Of a DNA stretch of 64,000 nucleotides, positions 22,880-35,693 are shown in pieces. The position numbers were made by a program, and so were the translations under genes. This DNA comes from Podarcis muralis (taxonomy: Eukaryota): assembly GCF_964188315.1 (NCBI RefSeq), contig NC_135658.1, forward strand, positions 41,850,001 to 41,914,000, written 5' to 3'. How positions within the stretch are numbered: position 1 is the stretch's first letter; each line of letters opens with the position of its first letter. The notes under the pieces were generated by a model. That model was not told the origin of the DNA. It saw nothing but the letters and a program-made list of their open reading frames with translations, and did no database searches.

Positions 22880-24450
22880 GAGGGGATGGTTCCTGCAGCC
22901 ACTCATAATGAAGCCTCGTCCCCATCTGTTGCTTTGGACTAACTACTGACCAGTTGCTAATGCCCACTTTTTAGGAAATGTGGCTGAGAAGGTTATGATG
23001 GGGCACTTACAGTCATTCTTGAATGGTGTAGATTATCGAGCTCTAGTCCAAGTTCAGACCTGGCCATGGACGGGACTGAATCAGCCTTGGTCAGCCTGAT
23101 GGATGACCATTATCAAGAATGGGACAAGGGGAGTATGACCTTGCTTCCTTTGCAATTTATGTGTGGCTTTTGATACCTTTGACCCTGCATATCAGGCACA
23201 GTATTACATTATTCTAGCCATATTTATAGAGCGAAGAGTAGCATTGGCAGATTGTTTTTCAGCCCCTGGCAGTTAAGCCATAGGACACTGGAGGGAGCTG
23301 TTTTATTCCCAATGCTATTTCCTATCTATATGAAGCCATCAGGACTGGTCATGAAGGAATTTAGGACAGGATGCTGTCAGTAAGCTGATGGCATTCAGCT
23401 CTATTTCTCCATAACATCCGAATCAGGAGAGGCCATACAGGAGCTGAGCTGGTGCCTGGATGCAGTGATGAGCTAGATGAGGGCAAATAAATTGAGCCTA
23501 ATTTCTGACAGGACAAAGGCCGTATGGATCTATGGTTCTGGTGCATGGGAAACTGGCCAATTGCCTGCTCTGAAGCGGGCTGCATTTCTTCTGAAGGAGC
23601 AAGCCTAGGCATGTTCCTAGATCTAGGTTTTGTCCCTAGAGGTTTAGTGGCATTGGTAGCAAGGGGTACATTTTACCATCTTTAAGGTAAAGGTAAAGGG
23701 ACCCCTGATTAGGCCCAGTCGTGGCCAACTTTGGGGTTGCGGTGCTCATTTCGCTGCTGGCGTACAGCTTCTGGGTCATGTGGCCAGCGTGACTAAGCCG
23801 CTTCTGGTGAACCAGAGCAGCGCACTGAAACGCCGTTCACCTTCCGGCCAGAGCGGTACCTATTTATCTACTTGCACCTTGACGTGCTTTCGAACTGCTA
23901 GGTTGGCAGGAGCAGGGACCGAGCAACGGGAGCTCACCCCGTTGCGGGGATTCGAACCGCTGACCTTCTGATCGGCAAGTCCCAGGTTCTGTGGTTTAAC
24001 CCACAGCGCCATCTGCGTCCCTTTACCATCTTCAGCTGGTATTTATTTACTTAATTTATTTAGATGATTTTTGAACCACTTAATCAAAGAGCTAAGTGGT
24101 GTGCAAATAAAATTGCAAATAAAGCTAAAACCTACAAAACAACTGAACCATTTTAATTAAATTAAAATACGACAGCTGCCTGTTCCATGACTGGGATGGC
24201 CTGACCACAGTAGTCCAGGTATTGGTAACTTCAAGACTGGATTACTGCAACACACTACATAAGGCTTTCCTTGCTCCTGATTGGGAAACTGCTGTTGGTG
24301 CAGGGTGTGGCTCTATGTTTGGGGACCAGAAGCGAGATCTTGTCCACATATTATACTTGTCCTCAAAGATCTGCACAGTCTACAGGTTTGTAACTTGGTC
24401 AAGTTCAAAATTTCCTAATTAGTACATAAAGCCCATAATAGCCAGCAACC
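22880..24450 (+). mobile_element. Decayed L2/CR1-clade LINE, interrupted by a Sauria SINE
   Basis: Degenerate RT motifs and LVTSRLDYCN at about 24222; ends approximate. Confidence 0.6.
23683..24021 (-). mobile_element. Sauria SINE
   Basis: Same head and tail as other copies; 11-bp TSD TTTACCATCTT. Confidence 0.92.
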
Positions 24451-24513
24451 AGCTTGGTTGAGGGGTCACCTTGCCCATGAGGGCCTATTCAACTGCTTAC
24501 ACTTTTATGTATA

Positions 24514-24739
24514 CAGTGGTACCTCGGGTTAAGAACTTAATTCGTTCTGGAGGTCTGTTCTTAACCTGAAACTGTTCTTAACCTGAAGCACCACTTTAGC
24601 TGCCACTGCGCCGCCGCTGCATGATTTCTGTTCTCATCCTGAAGCCAAGTTCTTAACCTGAGGTACTATTTCTGGGTTAGCGGAGTCTGTAACCTGAAGC
24701 GTATGTAACCTGAAGAGTATGTAACCCAAGGTATCACTG
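24514..24739. mobile_element. Tigger/pogo-type MITE family A, copy 1
   Basis: TIR CAGTGGTACCTC, TA TSD; homologous to 30403, 40653, 43822, 48943. Confidence 0.88.
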
Positions 24740-24870
24740 TACCATGTAATGTTTGTTGTGTATTTATGGGGAGGTGATGGTAGTGTGGTGAAACCACTGC
24801 TCTGGAATTCACAGTCTATTGACATTTTAGGCATCTGCTGGAGATATATATATGATGATATATATATATA

Positions 24871-25180
24871 ATGACCCACCCAAGTGGTACTCAGGATATC
24901 ACTCAAGAAATCACTCAAGATATCCCTCAAGCAATTAAGGAACAAAAGAAGAAAAGGCACACTAGCCTGGGAACTTCCTCTCTGCCCAGAACATTGGAGG
25001 CTATACACCACACCTCCTCAACAGTATTTATAGGAACTCAAACACTGAGATCCTGCTCTGTTCCAGTAACAAGAAGCCGAAAGCACCAGCCTGAAGATGA
25101 CGAGTGAGACCTCGTCGAAACGTCGCCTAGACACCCCAACTTTTACACGGGAAGACACCCGAGGACACCAAAACCTGCAT
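24871..25180 (+). mobile_element. Penelope-like element fragment between (TA)n tracts
   Basis: Hammerhead-type CTGAAGA...GAAACGTC motif typical of PLE repeats; flanked by (TA)n on both sides. Confidence 0.6.
25091..25124 (+). ncRNA. Minimal type I hammerhead ribozyme-like motif
   Basis: CUGAAGA core, stem II GACGAG/CUCGUC, GAAA, palindromic ACGU, GUC cleavage triplet; stem I is weak. Confidence 0.6.
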
Positions 25181-25643
25181 ATATATATATATATATATAT
25201 AAAATTTAGCTGCCTTTGGTTTTTTTAAAAAAGCTTTGTTGACCTCATTTTGTACTCTGCTTTAGGTAGCCTACATATTTTTCTCAATAGTTCTTCAGCT
25301 AACCTTTGTGGATGCAGATTGCCCACCCCCAAAACATGCTTCGTTTTGATTGTCTAAGTAAGCCCTTAAAATAGCTCAAGATTTGCAAAGAAAATGTGTG
25401 CAAAATGTGCTCATTGTTCACTAGTTTTGCCCATAGGTGGCACCACTACACCAGAAAATAGGATCCCAGTCAGGCACTGTAAATACTGGCATAATCCCCA
25501 TCTCTAGGGGTATTGGTTAGTTTATTGTTTTCTTTTCATTTTGCTTCAGAATGACGATTTAACTCTGGCCCATATTTTTATATATTAAATTGTCAGTCAA
25601 GAAATCTACAAAGAAAGATTAGAAAAGTGCAACTTAAAGAGTA

Positions 25644-26004
25644 AGCTAAAGGTAAAGGTACCCCTGCCCGTACGGGCCAGTCTTGCCAGACTCTAGGGTT
25701 GTGCGCTCATCTCACTCTATAGGCCGGGAGCCAGCGCTGTCTGCAGACACTTCCGGGTCACGTGGCCAGCGTGACAAGCTGCATCTGGTGAGCCAGCGCA
25801 GCACACGGAACGCTGTTTACCTTCCCGCCAGTAAGCGGTCCCTATTTATCTACTTGCACCTGGGGGTGCTTTTGAACTGCTAGGTTGGCAGGCGCTGGGA
25901 CCGAGCAACGGGAGCGCACCCCGCCGCGGGGATTCGAACCGCCGACCTTTCGATCGGCAAGCCCTAGGCGCTGAGGCTTTTACCCACAGCGCCACCCGCG
26001 TCCC
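25644..26004 (-). mobile_element. Sauria SINE (CpG-rich, young)
   Basis: 13-bp TSD AACTTAAAGAGTA; many intact CpGs. Confidence 0.92.
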
Positions 26005-26663
26005 AACTTAAAGAGTAGGGTCCAGTTATTGCTGCAATTGGAGCCCGTAATGGAGGGCGGAGGATAGGCCTGGCATATTCTTGCATGTATCTGTAACCAT
26101 GTTAGGATTAATGCAAGTTGCATGGGTAAAGTACATAAAACATTGAAAATTGTGCTACAGTCACATGAAAACACGGAACAAATGGGGTTTCGTGTTGTTC
26201 CGACGACCCGCCTAGTTTCTATGTGGTGTGAAATGTGGAACTGCTAACTCAGTCACAAGCATTATCAGAAAGCCAGCATTGTGCACTAAACTGGATGCTA
26301 ATCCCTCTTCAGTAGTGAGCCAGTCAATCTCTTTCATTTTAACCCATCTCATGGATTGCTGCAAGAATAAAATTGGAGCAATGGCCGCCTGTACTGACTG
26401 GTCCACTAAAACAGAATAAGGGACTGCATTTGGGAACACATGGTGACAAATGCAGTAAAGCAAAACCACACGTGTGGCTTGCCTGCATCTTCTTCCAGAG
26501 CTGAGGCTCCTGGGCAATGCTCTGGTCACTATGAAACCACCATCCAGGGTCCGTAAGACTCCCCACATAAGGTGGATTTAAAACTGCAATATGGCTGAAG
26601 ACACTGATTCTATTTGCACCTGCTAAATAATGATGACCCTTTGCATCTTCTCTTTTGCATCAG

Positions 26664-26774
26664 GAGTGCTTATGCTGAAGAACATCTCTATAGACACCAC
26701 TGGCTACTACATCTGCCTTGCCAAAAACTCTATCGGAGAGAGTTCATGCAACATCACTGTTAATGTCACACCAC
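26664..26774 (+). CDS. GPA33: GPA33 exon 5 (Ig C2 second half: LKNISIDTTGYYICLAKN...CNITV)
   Basis: CAG acceptor, C|GTAAGA donor, 111 nt; matches the GPA33 LKNIS-D-GYYIC-N-C-ITV pattern. Confidence 0.95.
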
Positions 26775-27710
26775 GTAAGATTGCAACATGCAAGGGTGGG
26801 GGGGAAAGAAAGCATGGCTACTGTGGTCTGATCGGCAAAGCATTTAAGTCCCTAAACAACCCCACGTCCCATTTTAAGAACTAGACTCACTTTGCTTAGT
26901 TGCAAAGCTTAGATGTGGCTGCAGTTGAGAATAAGCCCAAGACTTTGTGGTGACATATGGCTCTGATTATGTTTCCACCCTAGGTATTTGTTGCCTAATA
27001 GCCATGCTTCGTTTGCTCACTTTTTAGGGAGTGTCTACATAGGACCATCAAATCATCCCCCTATTTCCTCTAGGCTCTTCCTCTTTTTTGAAAACAAACG
27101 GAAACAGCACCACATTGGTAGATCACCAAAACTCAGCTATCTATTTTCCCTAAAAGGCTGGTTTTGATGTGTGTAATAGCATATTGATCAAACAAGTCTA
27201 CTGTCATTCATCTATACCTCACACACCTCCTTTACTACTGATCACTTTTCTGGCCAAATGACATTTTAGCTGTGTTTCTTTTAAAGCGACCTTTAAACTT
27301 GCATCTTCCCACCTATTTTAAATTATTCAAATACTAATACAATAGAATTTGAGATAAAATTTATTTCAGTGAATTAAAAAATGATTTTTTTTAAAAAGAC
27401 CAGCTTTCTCTATCAGTGCCATTTTATCAGCATGTTTATTAGACAAAAGGCAAGTTACTTCCTGTTTATTCTGCTTTTAAGTAAAGCAGTCATTTTTCTG
27501 AGAAAATTTCTTTAAAATTTTCGCTCACCCCCTAGAAAAGCCCCCCCTTGCATTCCCCCCCGATTATTCTCCTCCATTATTGTTGTTCTTGGTGGCAGCT
27601 GCCATTTCCAACGTGCTGAACCCCCCCCCCCCCAATTAAGTAGTAAACTACCCTACTGCCATAGTGAACCACTGAGAAACTGCTTGGTAATTTTCCTTGG
27701 GGTGTGTGAG

Positions 27711-27858
27711 CAGTGGCGTAGCGTGGGTTGTCAGCACCTGGGGCAAGGCAAGTAATTTGTGCCCCCTAACCCGTGGATTTGCGCCCCCTAACACTAACCC
27801 CCAGATGTTGCGCCCGGTGCTGCCGGCCCCCCCCTGCACCCCCCACGCTACGCCACTG
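27711..27858. mobile_element. hAT-type MITE
   Basis: 17-bp TIR CAGTGGCGTAGCGTGGG; perfect 8-bp TSD TGTGTGAG. Confidence 0.9.
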
Positions 27859-28146
27859 TGTGTGAGTTTTGAGTGACCATTTTCACATAACTCTGTGTTA
27901 TTCATTTGACCCCAACAGCAGCTAGAGGGCCAGAGTTTCCCTAATCCTGTTTTACAGAAACCATCTAGTTCAACCTAGATGAGCCCCCTTCCTGGCTTGT
28001 CATTCACAAGTTGCTCATTTGTCATATTATATTTAGCCAGAGCCACCCTCAGGCTAGAGGGAGAACAGTAGTAAGAGCTCTTCCCCAAAGGAAGAGATTT
28101 TGTTTCTCAACTATGAGGTGACTAATGCTAGTATTTTCTTCTACAG

Positions 28147-28270
28147 CATCCATGAATTTTGCCCTACTTGGTGGAGTCGTCGGTGGGCTTGTTGCTGTTG
28201 TCATTATTATTGCTGTTGTGGCTTACTGTTGTTGCTGCAGGAATGGGAAGGAAAAAGACTATGAGATGAC
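28147..28270 (+). CDS. GPA33: GPA33 exon 6 (transmembrane helix plus YCCCCR juxtamembrane motif)
   Basis: CTACAG acceptor, AC|GTGAGT donor, 124 nt; hydrophobic helix then the four-Cys cluster characteristic of A33. Confidence 0.95.
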
Positions 28271-28471
28271 GTGAGTGCCTTTCATTAGGTGGGGGGGGGT
28301 GGAATAAAAGTAGCATGGAGAAATTACATACTGCATGCACCTCTGAGGCAGCCGTCTCTCTCTACTCCCCTACCATGTCCCTTCCAATAGCTTTGTACTC
28401 AACACTTCCCCAACAAGCACAGCAACTGCTGAGCTTTCTAGCTGCTAGCAGCAGGTAGAAATGGTTTAAAC

Positions 28472-28675
28472 CAGAGCTTTCCAAACTTTTCAAGTTGGTG
28501 ACGCACTTTTTGAACATGCATCATTTTGTGACACAGTAATTCATTTTACTAGCAAACCGGAGGTTGAACTAACCCCTTTCAGCCCCAGGAGGAGTGTGGG
28601 GAGCATTTGTGTGACACACCTACACACTGCAGCCAACACATTAATATGTTGTGACACACAGCTTGAAAAGCTCTG
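28472..28675. mobile_element. hAT MITE
   Basis: TIR CAGAGCTTT; perfect 8-bp TSD GTTTAAAC. Confidence 0.88.
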
Positions 28676-29409
28676 GTTTAAACAAAAGAATGAGGAAAGG
28701 CTTTGGATCCCTTGGTAAATAGTTCCAAAGCAGTTTCAATCTGCAGATTTTTTTTTTTTGGGGGGGTGATTTTCCCTTTAAAAATTCATACTTAATTGAT
28801 GGGAGTGGAATTGCTGATCTACTTGTGTGCAAGAAAAATGGATCAGCTCAAGATGTCCATCCCTACCTGCTACCAGGGAGGTGTTTAAAACACACTTTCT
28901 TTTGGTCCACAAACTATAACATTGAGGGTAGCTACATAAACAATTAGGTTTAAATGCATGTGGCTTTACCATTTCTTCGTGAATTCCTGCTTCATAACAG
29001 CAAGCCTCAATTTTATATTACCAATTTTGAAATTATGCTGTGAAAATGTTGCAAATGGAGATTTATACCATATGAATTCTCCAAATGGAGGTTATTCCTG
29101 TGAGATTAGGCAATCGTGAGAGTAAATAAAATAAAGCTGGCTCGGAAAGCACACAAGGATATTTTGAGATTGACTTCAGAAATAGATTTGTAGCACGACT
29201 TAATGTTAAAGTGTCTAGCATTTACATCGTGCTAGTCCTCTTTTTAGTATGCATAACAAACAACATATGCGAGGGGGCTCTGGAAAGCTTAAGCAAATGG
29301 AAATTTACCCAGTAGGCCAGAGACACCTCTTTGCCAAACTAAATTATTAAACAACTGTCTCTGAAGTTAAGTTGTTAACAAGAACCAATTCACTCCTCAC
29401 TTTCAGGTT

Positions 29410-29670
29410 TGTTCATGAATTACTGTTTTTACATACATGGGCAAAGCATAACATAATGGTGGTAGCACACAGATCTCCACAGGGAGACTCATGGAACCTC
29501 AAAAGCCATGGGGCCAAGTAGTAATTTCCTAGTATTACTTTCTGGTAGGAACAGAACAACTCTAATATGGTACCTTCAACTCCCACTTCCTTGGGCCCCT
29601 CCAGGAGGATGTCATGATCGACAGTGTCAAAAGCCACTGAGAGATCAAGGAGAACCAACCGGCTTGCACT
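29410..29670 (-). mobile_element. L2/CR1 RT fragment
   Basis: LVLLDLSVAFDTVDHDILL motif. Confidence 0.75.
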
Positions 29671-29761
29671 CCCCATCTCTTTCCTATAATACTAAGTCAT
29701 CAGTTAAAATTAAGAAATACAGATAACTGAAAATCCATCTTCTTCTGTGCCAAATTATTAG

Positions 29762-29906
29762 GGAGACGGAAAATGGCGATCATCCACCTGAGGTAAAAAT
29801 ACGGGGACCTGCTGAAGAGGAGATTCAGGACGAGGAGGAAGAAGAGGAGGAAGACAGGCACCAGCCAGTACGGCCACCCATTTCCAAAGTGTCTCCGGAG
29901 GTTTAA
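29762..29906 (+). CDS. GPA33: GPA33 exon 7 (acidic cytoplasmic tail, ends KVSPEV-stop)
   Basis: TTAG acceptor; phase 2 completes a Thr codon; total CDS 957 nt = 318 aa + TAA. Confidence 0.88.
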
Positions 29907-30402
29907 GAAGCTGTGGGCCAGAGTTGAGCATTTCCATTTGAGGGGGGGGGAGAGACTGTTGTTAAATATTTCTCTTTCACCTTAACTCATGTGGCTTTCC
30001 AAGACAGTATAGGCAGCAAGTTTGTGGAGGCAAAATCTGACTTGTTTCCTTATACGCATTTGGTGCATATCTACTCATAAGCTCCTTTCCCATTTGCCCA
30101 TCAGTTACCTTAACATGGAAAAGGAAGGGGGACTCCAGGACAACCCTTATATTGTCAAATTGACAATATACACTCCATTCAAGTTTTCACGTGGTGCGAT
30201 TTGAATTTTTGTGAACTGACACTTTCCAGTATATAGGAAAACAGGGGTATCTTTTATTTCACTTTTCACTAAGTAGGCCACTGCGATGCAAGAAACCTAG
30301 AGCCTTTAGATGAGCAGTTTAAGACACCAGCTGTTACTTATTTGTTGTGCAGCATCTACATAACACCCATTATAACTGTGTTGCTATTATCGGAATATTA
30401 TA

Positions 30403-30628
30403 CAGTGGTACCTCAGGTTACATACACTTCAGGTTACAGACTCCGCTAACCCAGAAATAGTGCTTCAGGTTAAGAACTTTGCTTCAGGATGAGAACAGAA
30501 ATCGTGCTCCGGCGGCGCGGTGGCAGCAGGAGGCCCCATTAGCTAAAGTGGTACCTCAGGTTAAGAACAGTTTCAGGTTAAGTACGGACCTCCGGAACGA
30601 ATTAAGTACTTAGCCTGAGGTATCACTG
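30403..30628. mobile_element. Tigger/pogo-type MITE family A, copy 2 (probably in GPA33 3' UTR)
   Basis: TIR and TA TSD; lies between the GPA33 stop and the candidate poly(A) signals. Confidence 0.88.
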
Positions 30629-30932
30629 TAGTTTCCTCAATATTCAAATCAGAAGCTGCTAATTCCCGTCAGTGCATTATTGTTTCTGCTCTATGGAGTT
30701 TGATACGACTGTCATGCACATTTCCTGGACAATGCATAGACATGCCCCATCTCTATTATTTTATTTTAAAATGGCTCTGCACTCTTAATGGCTAACAAAA
30801 GCAGTCATCTCACATGTTAGGAAAGGATCAGACTTTCCCTGCTTTTGGAATGTATTTTTAAAAATATATAAATTGCTTGCTACTAGCATTGTCACTGCTG
30901 GTGCAATTATACTGCTAACAAGTTTTTTTTTT

Positions 30933-31063
30933 AATAAAAAAAATCACCTGGGGGAGAATTAATTTTCAGCTGCTTGGAAAATTTTCAATACATGGGTTAT
31001 TAATGATGTGTTTTCTTTGAAATTTGCTGTTTTTGAACTTGCATTTTTTAAAAAAATAATAAA
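30933..31063 (+). terminator. Candidate GPA33 polyadenylation signals
   Basis: AATAAA at 30933-30938 and 31058-31063, about 1.0-1.2 kb after the stop; which is used is unknown. Confidence 0.45.
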
Positions 31064-34000
31064 GTGACACTTCACCACTACTCTAAGCATTGGCTATCAC
31101 AGCTATCACAGCTGAACTCAAATAGAAACAGTAATTACATTGAATGAAGCTGCTTTCTCTCCACCCCTTTCTAGTCCAGTACTTGTCCCTCAGTCTACAT
31201 TATGTTAACATGCCTATATAATTGCAGCCATACTGGATAATGTATAATCTAGTTTACTAGTGCATCCTCTAGCAGTTTTTAAAATCCTGAAAATTACATA
31301 TTCGAAATATAGTCACCCTATTTTTCGGTGATAAGTGTGTTGTTTTTGGATGCCAAGGAGGGGAAATTCAGCAAATCTTTAAAAACATGCCAGTACTTCT
31401 GGTGCTTTGAGTACTTAATTCCCAAAGCAAGAAGTCTTCTTCTTTTAGTACACCCCAGGTACAGCACAGGGAAAGCTCCCAGTCCCACCATCATAGTGCA
31501 GAGAACAGAGTGCACTGTGACTAAACTGTAGGCAACACAGAGGTGGGGTCTAGGCAAGGAACAGTCGAAGCTATATAGAGGTTAGATGTGTATCATTGCA
31601 GTATCTGATCAACAACTAACCTAGTTTGAAATAGACGCAATGAGTCAGGATTGGAAAGGATTGGAAAGGCTGGGTGGGTGGATAGATTTTGGCATCTACC
31701 ACAGAACTCTGTTCTCAACATACAGCTTGCTTTGCAATGCGTTCCCTGTAGTCCTTCACTATTCTTGCCCTTGCCTAAATACCTCATTTCTGCAAAAAGC
31801 TGCTATCTTTGTTATTCAAATAAGTTAGTAAATTTATGCTCTTTTTCCTAATTGTCAAATACAAATTAAGAGCAGACCTCACAACGGGGCACTGAAACAT
31901 TAATTTCATTTCAGCAAAGGATGCTTAGGACCTGCAGGACTCGCTAAGAAAGATTACAAGCTTTGTCTGCTCCATTTTAGCTCCACTCTTTCCCAAGGGC
32001 TAGTTCAGAAAACAGACTTACAGAATCATACCAAGGGGGGGGGGGATGCTGCCCTTACTAACTTTATAATCCTTTATTATGACATGAGGCAATAAAAGGA
32101 ATGAAAGCCTGGACAAAGCTGAAAAGGAAATCTGCCGAATCAACATTTAAAACATAAAAATGTCAACGCTTTATGTTCCTGAAGCAGTAACACATGTGCA
32201 AGTGGGTCTTACTGAAAAGAGAATCTGATGACACAATCCTGTAGCATCAGATGGAAAGGCCTCTAAATTCCTGGCAAAGAACTTCCCCTCCCACCTTAAA
32301 GTCCTGCCCTTTATGAACTTGTCGTTTCTTTTAGGGTCACAATCTGGCTGGAGGTTTCTTTGTTGTACCCATTAGGAAAGGGACCTTTCCTCCACTGTGT
32401 ATTTCAGACCTGACAAATGACCATTCCTGATTATTTATTTAGGAGCTGCCATTACATGGGTTTGGAACTGGAATGCACCTTCCCTTGTAACACTGAGCCC
32501 TGGGACAGTTATGGTTTATAGTTCATCACATGACCATGGTCAATATCCCTACCCGGTATACAGTAATATCCAGTGCTGCAGACATGCCAATGGAGAATTC
32601 AAGTTGGAAAGCTGCCAGACTTACAGGATCCAAATTTAGGGCAGTTCTGTCATATTTCATCACAGTCACTTTTTTTTTATCAACACCTTCTGCCCCTTTT
32701 CATCATTGCGTAGTGTTGGTATCTAGTACCTGCACACCCACAATTTCATGCACAACTTTAGCCAAGAAAATCCAGGAAGCTTAGTCATACTGGCGGTGTC
32801 CGATGAGATATGGGAGGTTAATTTTTACACTAAGGAAGCTCTCTCTAAACAGGACACACACACTTTCCTGCTTCTGGAGACCCTCCCAAGTTCTCAGAAC
32901 AGAAGAGCAGAAGTGTTTCCTGTTAGGATATAAACTAAGCAAGAATTCTAAACAAATTAAACAAGAATCCAAACAATTATCTGCAGAATTTCTGAAGCAT
33001 TCACATCACAAATGGACAACCCCTAGATAGGATGTGTGTGTGTTTCTGGTCTGTAATAGGTTTCTATTGCAGCCCAAATACATTGTGCTTGTTTCATTTG
33101 AACTTTCTGGGGCAGAGAACTTTGATGGTCATACAAATGCACACATCAACAAACCAGGAGAATTGGTACTACATGCTGCTCCACTAAAAGGAGATCTGGA
33201 AGAAACTTACATCCTGGCTTCACCTGCTGTCCTGGGGGTGTGGAATTGCCTGAAAGTGGCAATTACAACAGCTTGCGAGGCTTTAAGTCAGAGCTTGGGA
33301 AAAGTGAGGGAACAGAGATAATACAAGGTTAAGTTAATAATAGCATTCTTTGTACTCCTTTAAAGAAGTTTATAAAGCGACTCTCATTAGCTGCTTGGGT
33401 ATTATCAGGAAATCAGGGCTTCATGGATATCGCAGACAATACCTTGCAGGCAGGCAAGCAAGCAATAGCATCTGAATCAAAAGTCTAAATGAGCACTTTC
33501 CAAAGTTTCCTCCTCAGATCTCCTCTCAATAAGTTTCCAGCTGTCATGCTGTACAGAAGACTCTTCCTTCAGATGACAAGCTAGTGAGTTCTATGTTTGT
33601 CACACTCAGCTATCAGCTAGGAATAAAATTCCCTCGTTTGCAAAGATGCTGCCTGTAATTGCTTTCAGGTGCACATGGACCCAGCTTATTTATACATTTG
33701 GCTGCTGATAATTATGCAACGTAGACTAGTTCACAGCCCAGTTGAGTCGTTTTAGGCCTTAGGCCTTATGCCCAAGGACTTAATTTGTGCCACAGCTCAA
33801 TCCTGGAATGTATAAAAACAGATAAAGGACTCATTTACCTCATCACACACACAGGGCATTAGGGAGAGGTTCCCTAAAAAGATACAAACTACAGCTCCAT
33901 CAAGTTTTCACCCTGAAATCAATGAGTGTGCATTCATTCATTCATTCTGCACCTTTCCCCTAGAACTGGGACTCAAAGCAGGTCACAAAAAGTAAACCAA

Positions 34001-34149
34001 ATACAGATATAAAATACAGAGCTTAACATTTAGTGTTTTTTTTAAAAAAAAGGAATTAAGCTATATATGGATTTTTAAAAAATATAAAAAACCTATTAAA
34101 TTGCAGGTTACACTCCTCCAGTACAGCACACTATGAAGACCACTTTAAA

Positions 34150-34560
34150 AACAGTCAATTCTCAAAGACCTCCTGGAATAATAGTCTTTGCCTGGAGGGA
34201 GCCAGTCTAGCTTCTCTAGGTGGCAGCCACTTCGAAAACCCTCTCCCAGTTTCCTTTAGATAGCCTGGACCTAAGCCATACAGGGCTTTATAGGTCAAAA
34301 CCAGCACTTTGAATTGTGCCCAAAAACAGACTGGTAGCCAGTGCTGCTGTTGTAACAAGGCAGTAGCTCTATATGAGCGCCAGTCAACAACTTGGCTGAA
34401 GCTCTTTGGGCCAGTTGAAGTTTCTGAGCACTTTTCCAAGGTAGCCCCATTTAGGGGACATTACTGTGATCTAAATGGGGTGTAACTGAGGCATGTGCCA
34501 CTGTGGCCAGATCAGACATCTCCAAGAATGGGCACAGCTGGCACACTAAGCATTTCCCCC
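34150..34560 (-). mobile_element. L2 fragment
   Basis: HWLPVCFWAQFKVLVLTYKALYGLGPGYL motif. Confidence 0.78.
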
Positions 34561-35173
34561 CAAGCTCCTTATCAGATACAGTACTTGAGAAGATACCCAA
34601 ACTCAGCACTTCATACAAGTTGTGATGGGGCTAAATATCGAGACTATACATAGGCCTGCTTCATGTATCACCCCCACCCACTGATACTAGAAAGCCCCAA
34701 GAAAACAGTGGCAGCTAACTTTTCCTTCCTCCCAGCTAACCCAAGCCAGTTATTTCTAGGTAGTGGCAGCATCATTAGCACTGCTACAAGAAGTGTGGTA
34801 GGGGCTGCCATTTGGTACAGCAAACCCTTGAAGCAAAGAGCTGCTATATGCTTGAGGCATCCATACATGTAGGAGTGTAAGCTCTTGTGTGGAACAACCC
34901 TTTGAGGTGAGGTGCCTCCGAGATTCATCTGACAATGATGCCTTCTGCTCAAGAGATTGCTAGGGGAGTTTCTGATTATCTTCCTCATTCCTTATTTACA
35001 CAGCTGTGAGTATAGGCCAACTAATGACAGAATGGAGGTGGCATGATACCTCGAGACCAGCTGAACCAGCCTTCACCTGATGCAAGCATATGCCCAACTG
35101 CAGCCGGGTCCCTTGACTTCCTACTGGTTTGGTTCAACACTCTTCTGTAAGAATTAGGAAGCTACAGGTGTCT

Positions 35174-35177
<4 letters not shown>

Positions 35178-35227
<50 letters not shown>
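35178..35227. repeat. (TC)25 microsatellite
   Basis: Perfect dinucleotide run. Confidence 0.97.
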
Positions 35228-35230
<3 letters not shown>

Positions 35231-35693
35231 GAAAAGGGCCTCAACAAACTTGTTCTTTGTATATCCCATTTTGTAGCAAAAGTACAAAGCAAGCATGGTG
35301 GCTGAAGGATAACAAAGGGAAGAAACTGTACTGCAAATATATATCTGGTGACTAGATATTGCATGAATACCTGAGACTCTGTCTTCAAGTGCTGCAGAGA
35401 TAAAAGTAGTAGAATATAAGGCCAATTTCTGTACCCATGAGTGCACTGCAGCACCCACTTTAGTCCAAAACACTTTAATGCATTGGAAACCTCACTGCAG
35501 CAAGGAATGGAATCGGTTGCAAGAACTGTGACCTTAACAAGTTACAGAAGCAATTGCATCTGTTTGGACTTTGACAGTGAGAATGAAAGAATTTATAACA
35601 GGCAGTCCTCTAACTACAATATCCATGAGAAGTAGAAAAAGACAGCAGCAGCTGAACAAGGCCAAATTAGTATCCAGCAATGGTTGTCTACAG

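Noticed and set aside
32430-32500. CPRAQCYKGRCIPVPNPCNG as an LDL-receptor class A repeat of a hidden protease gene
   Set aside because: No D-C-x-D-x-S-D-E, flanked by stops, and no splice sites or protease domain
33573-33583. 11-nt plus-strand microexon
   Set aside because: Weak donor context and no gene to assign it to
35134-35473. ORFs with (ER)n repeats
   Set aside because: Translations of the (TC)n microsatellite
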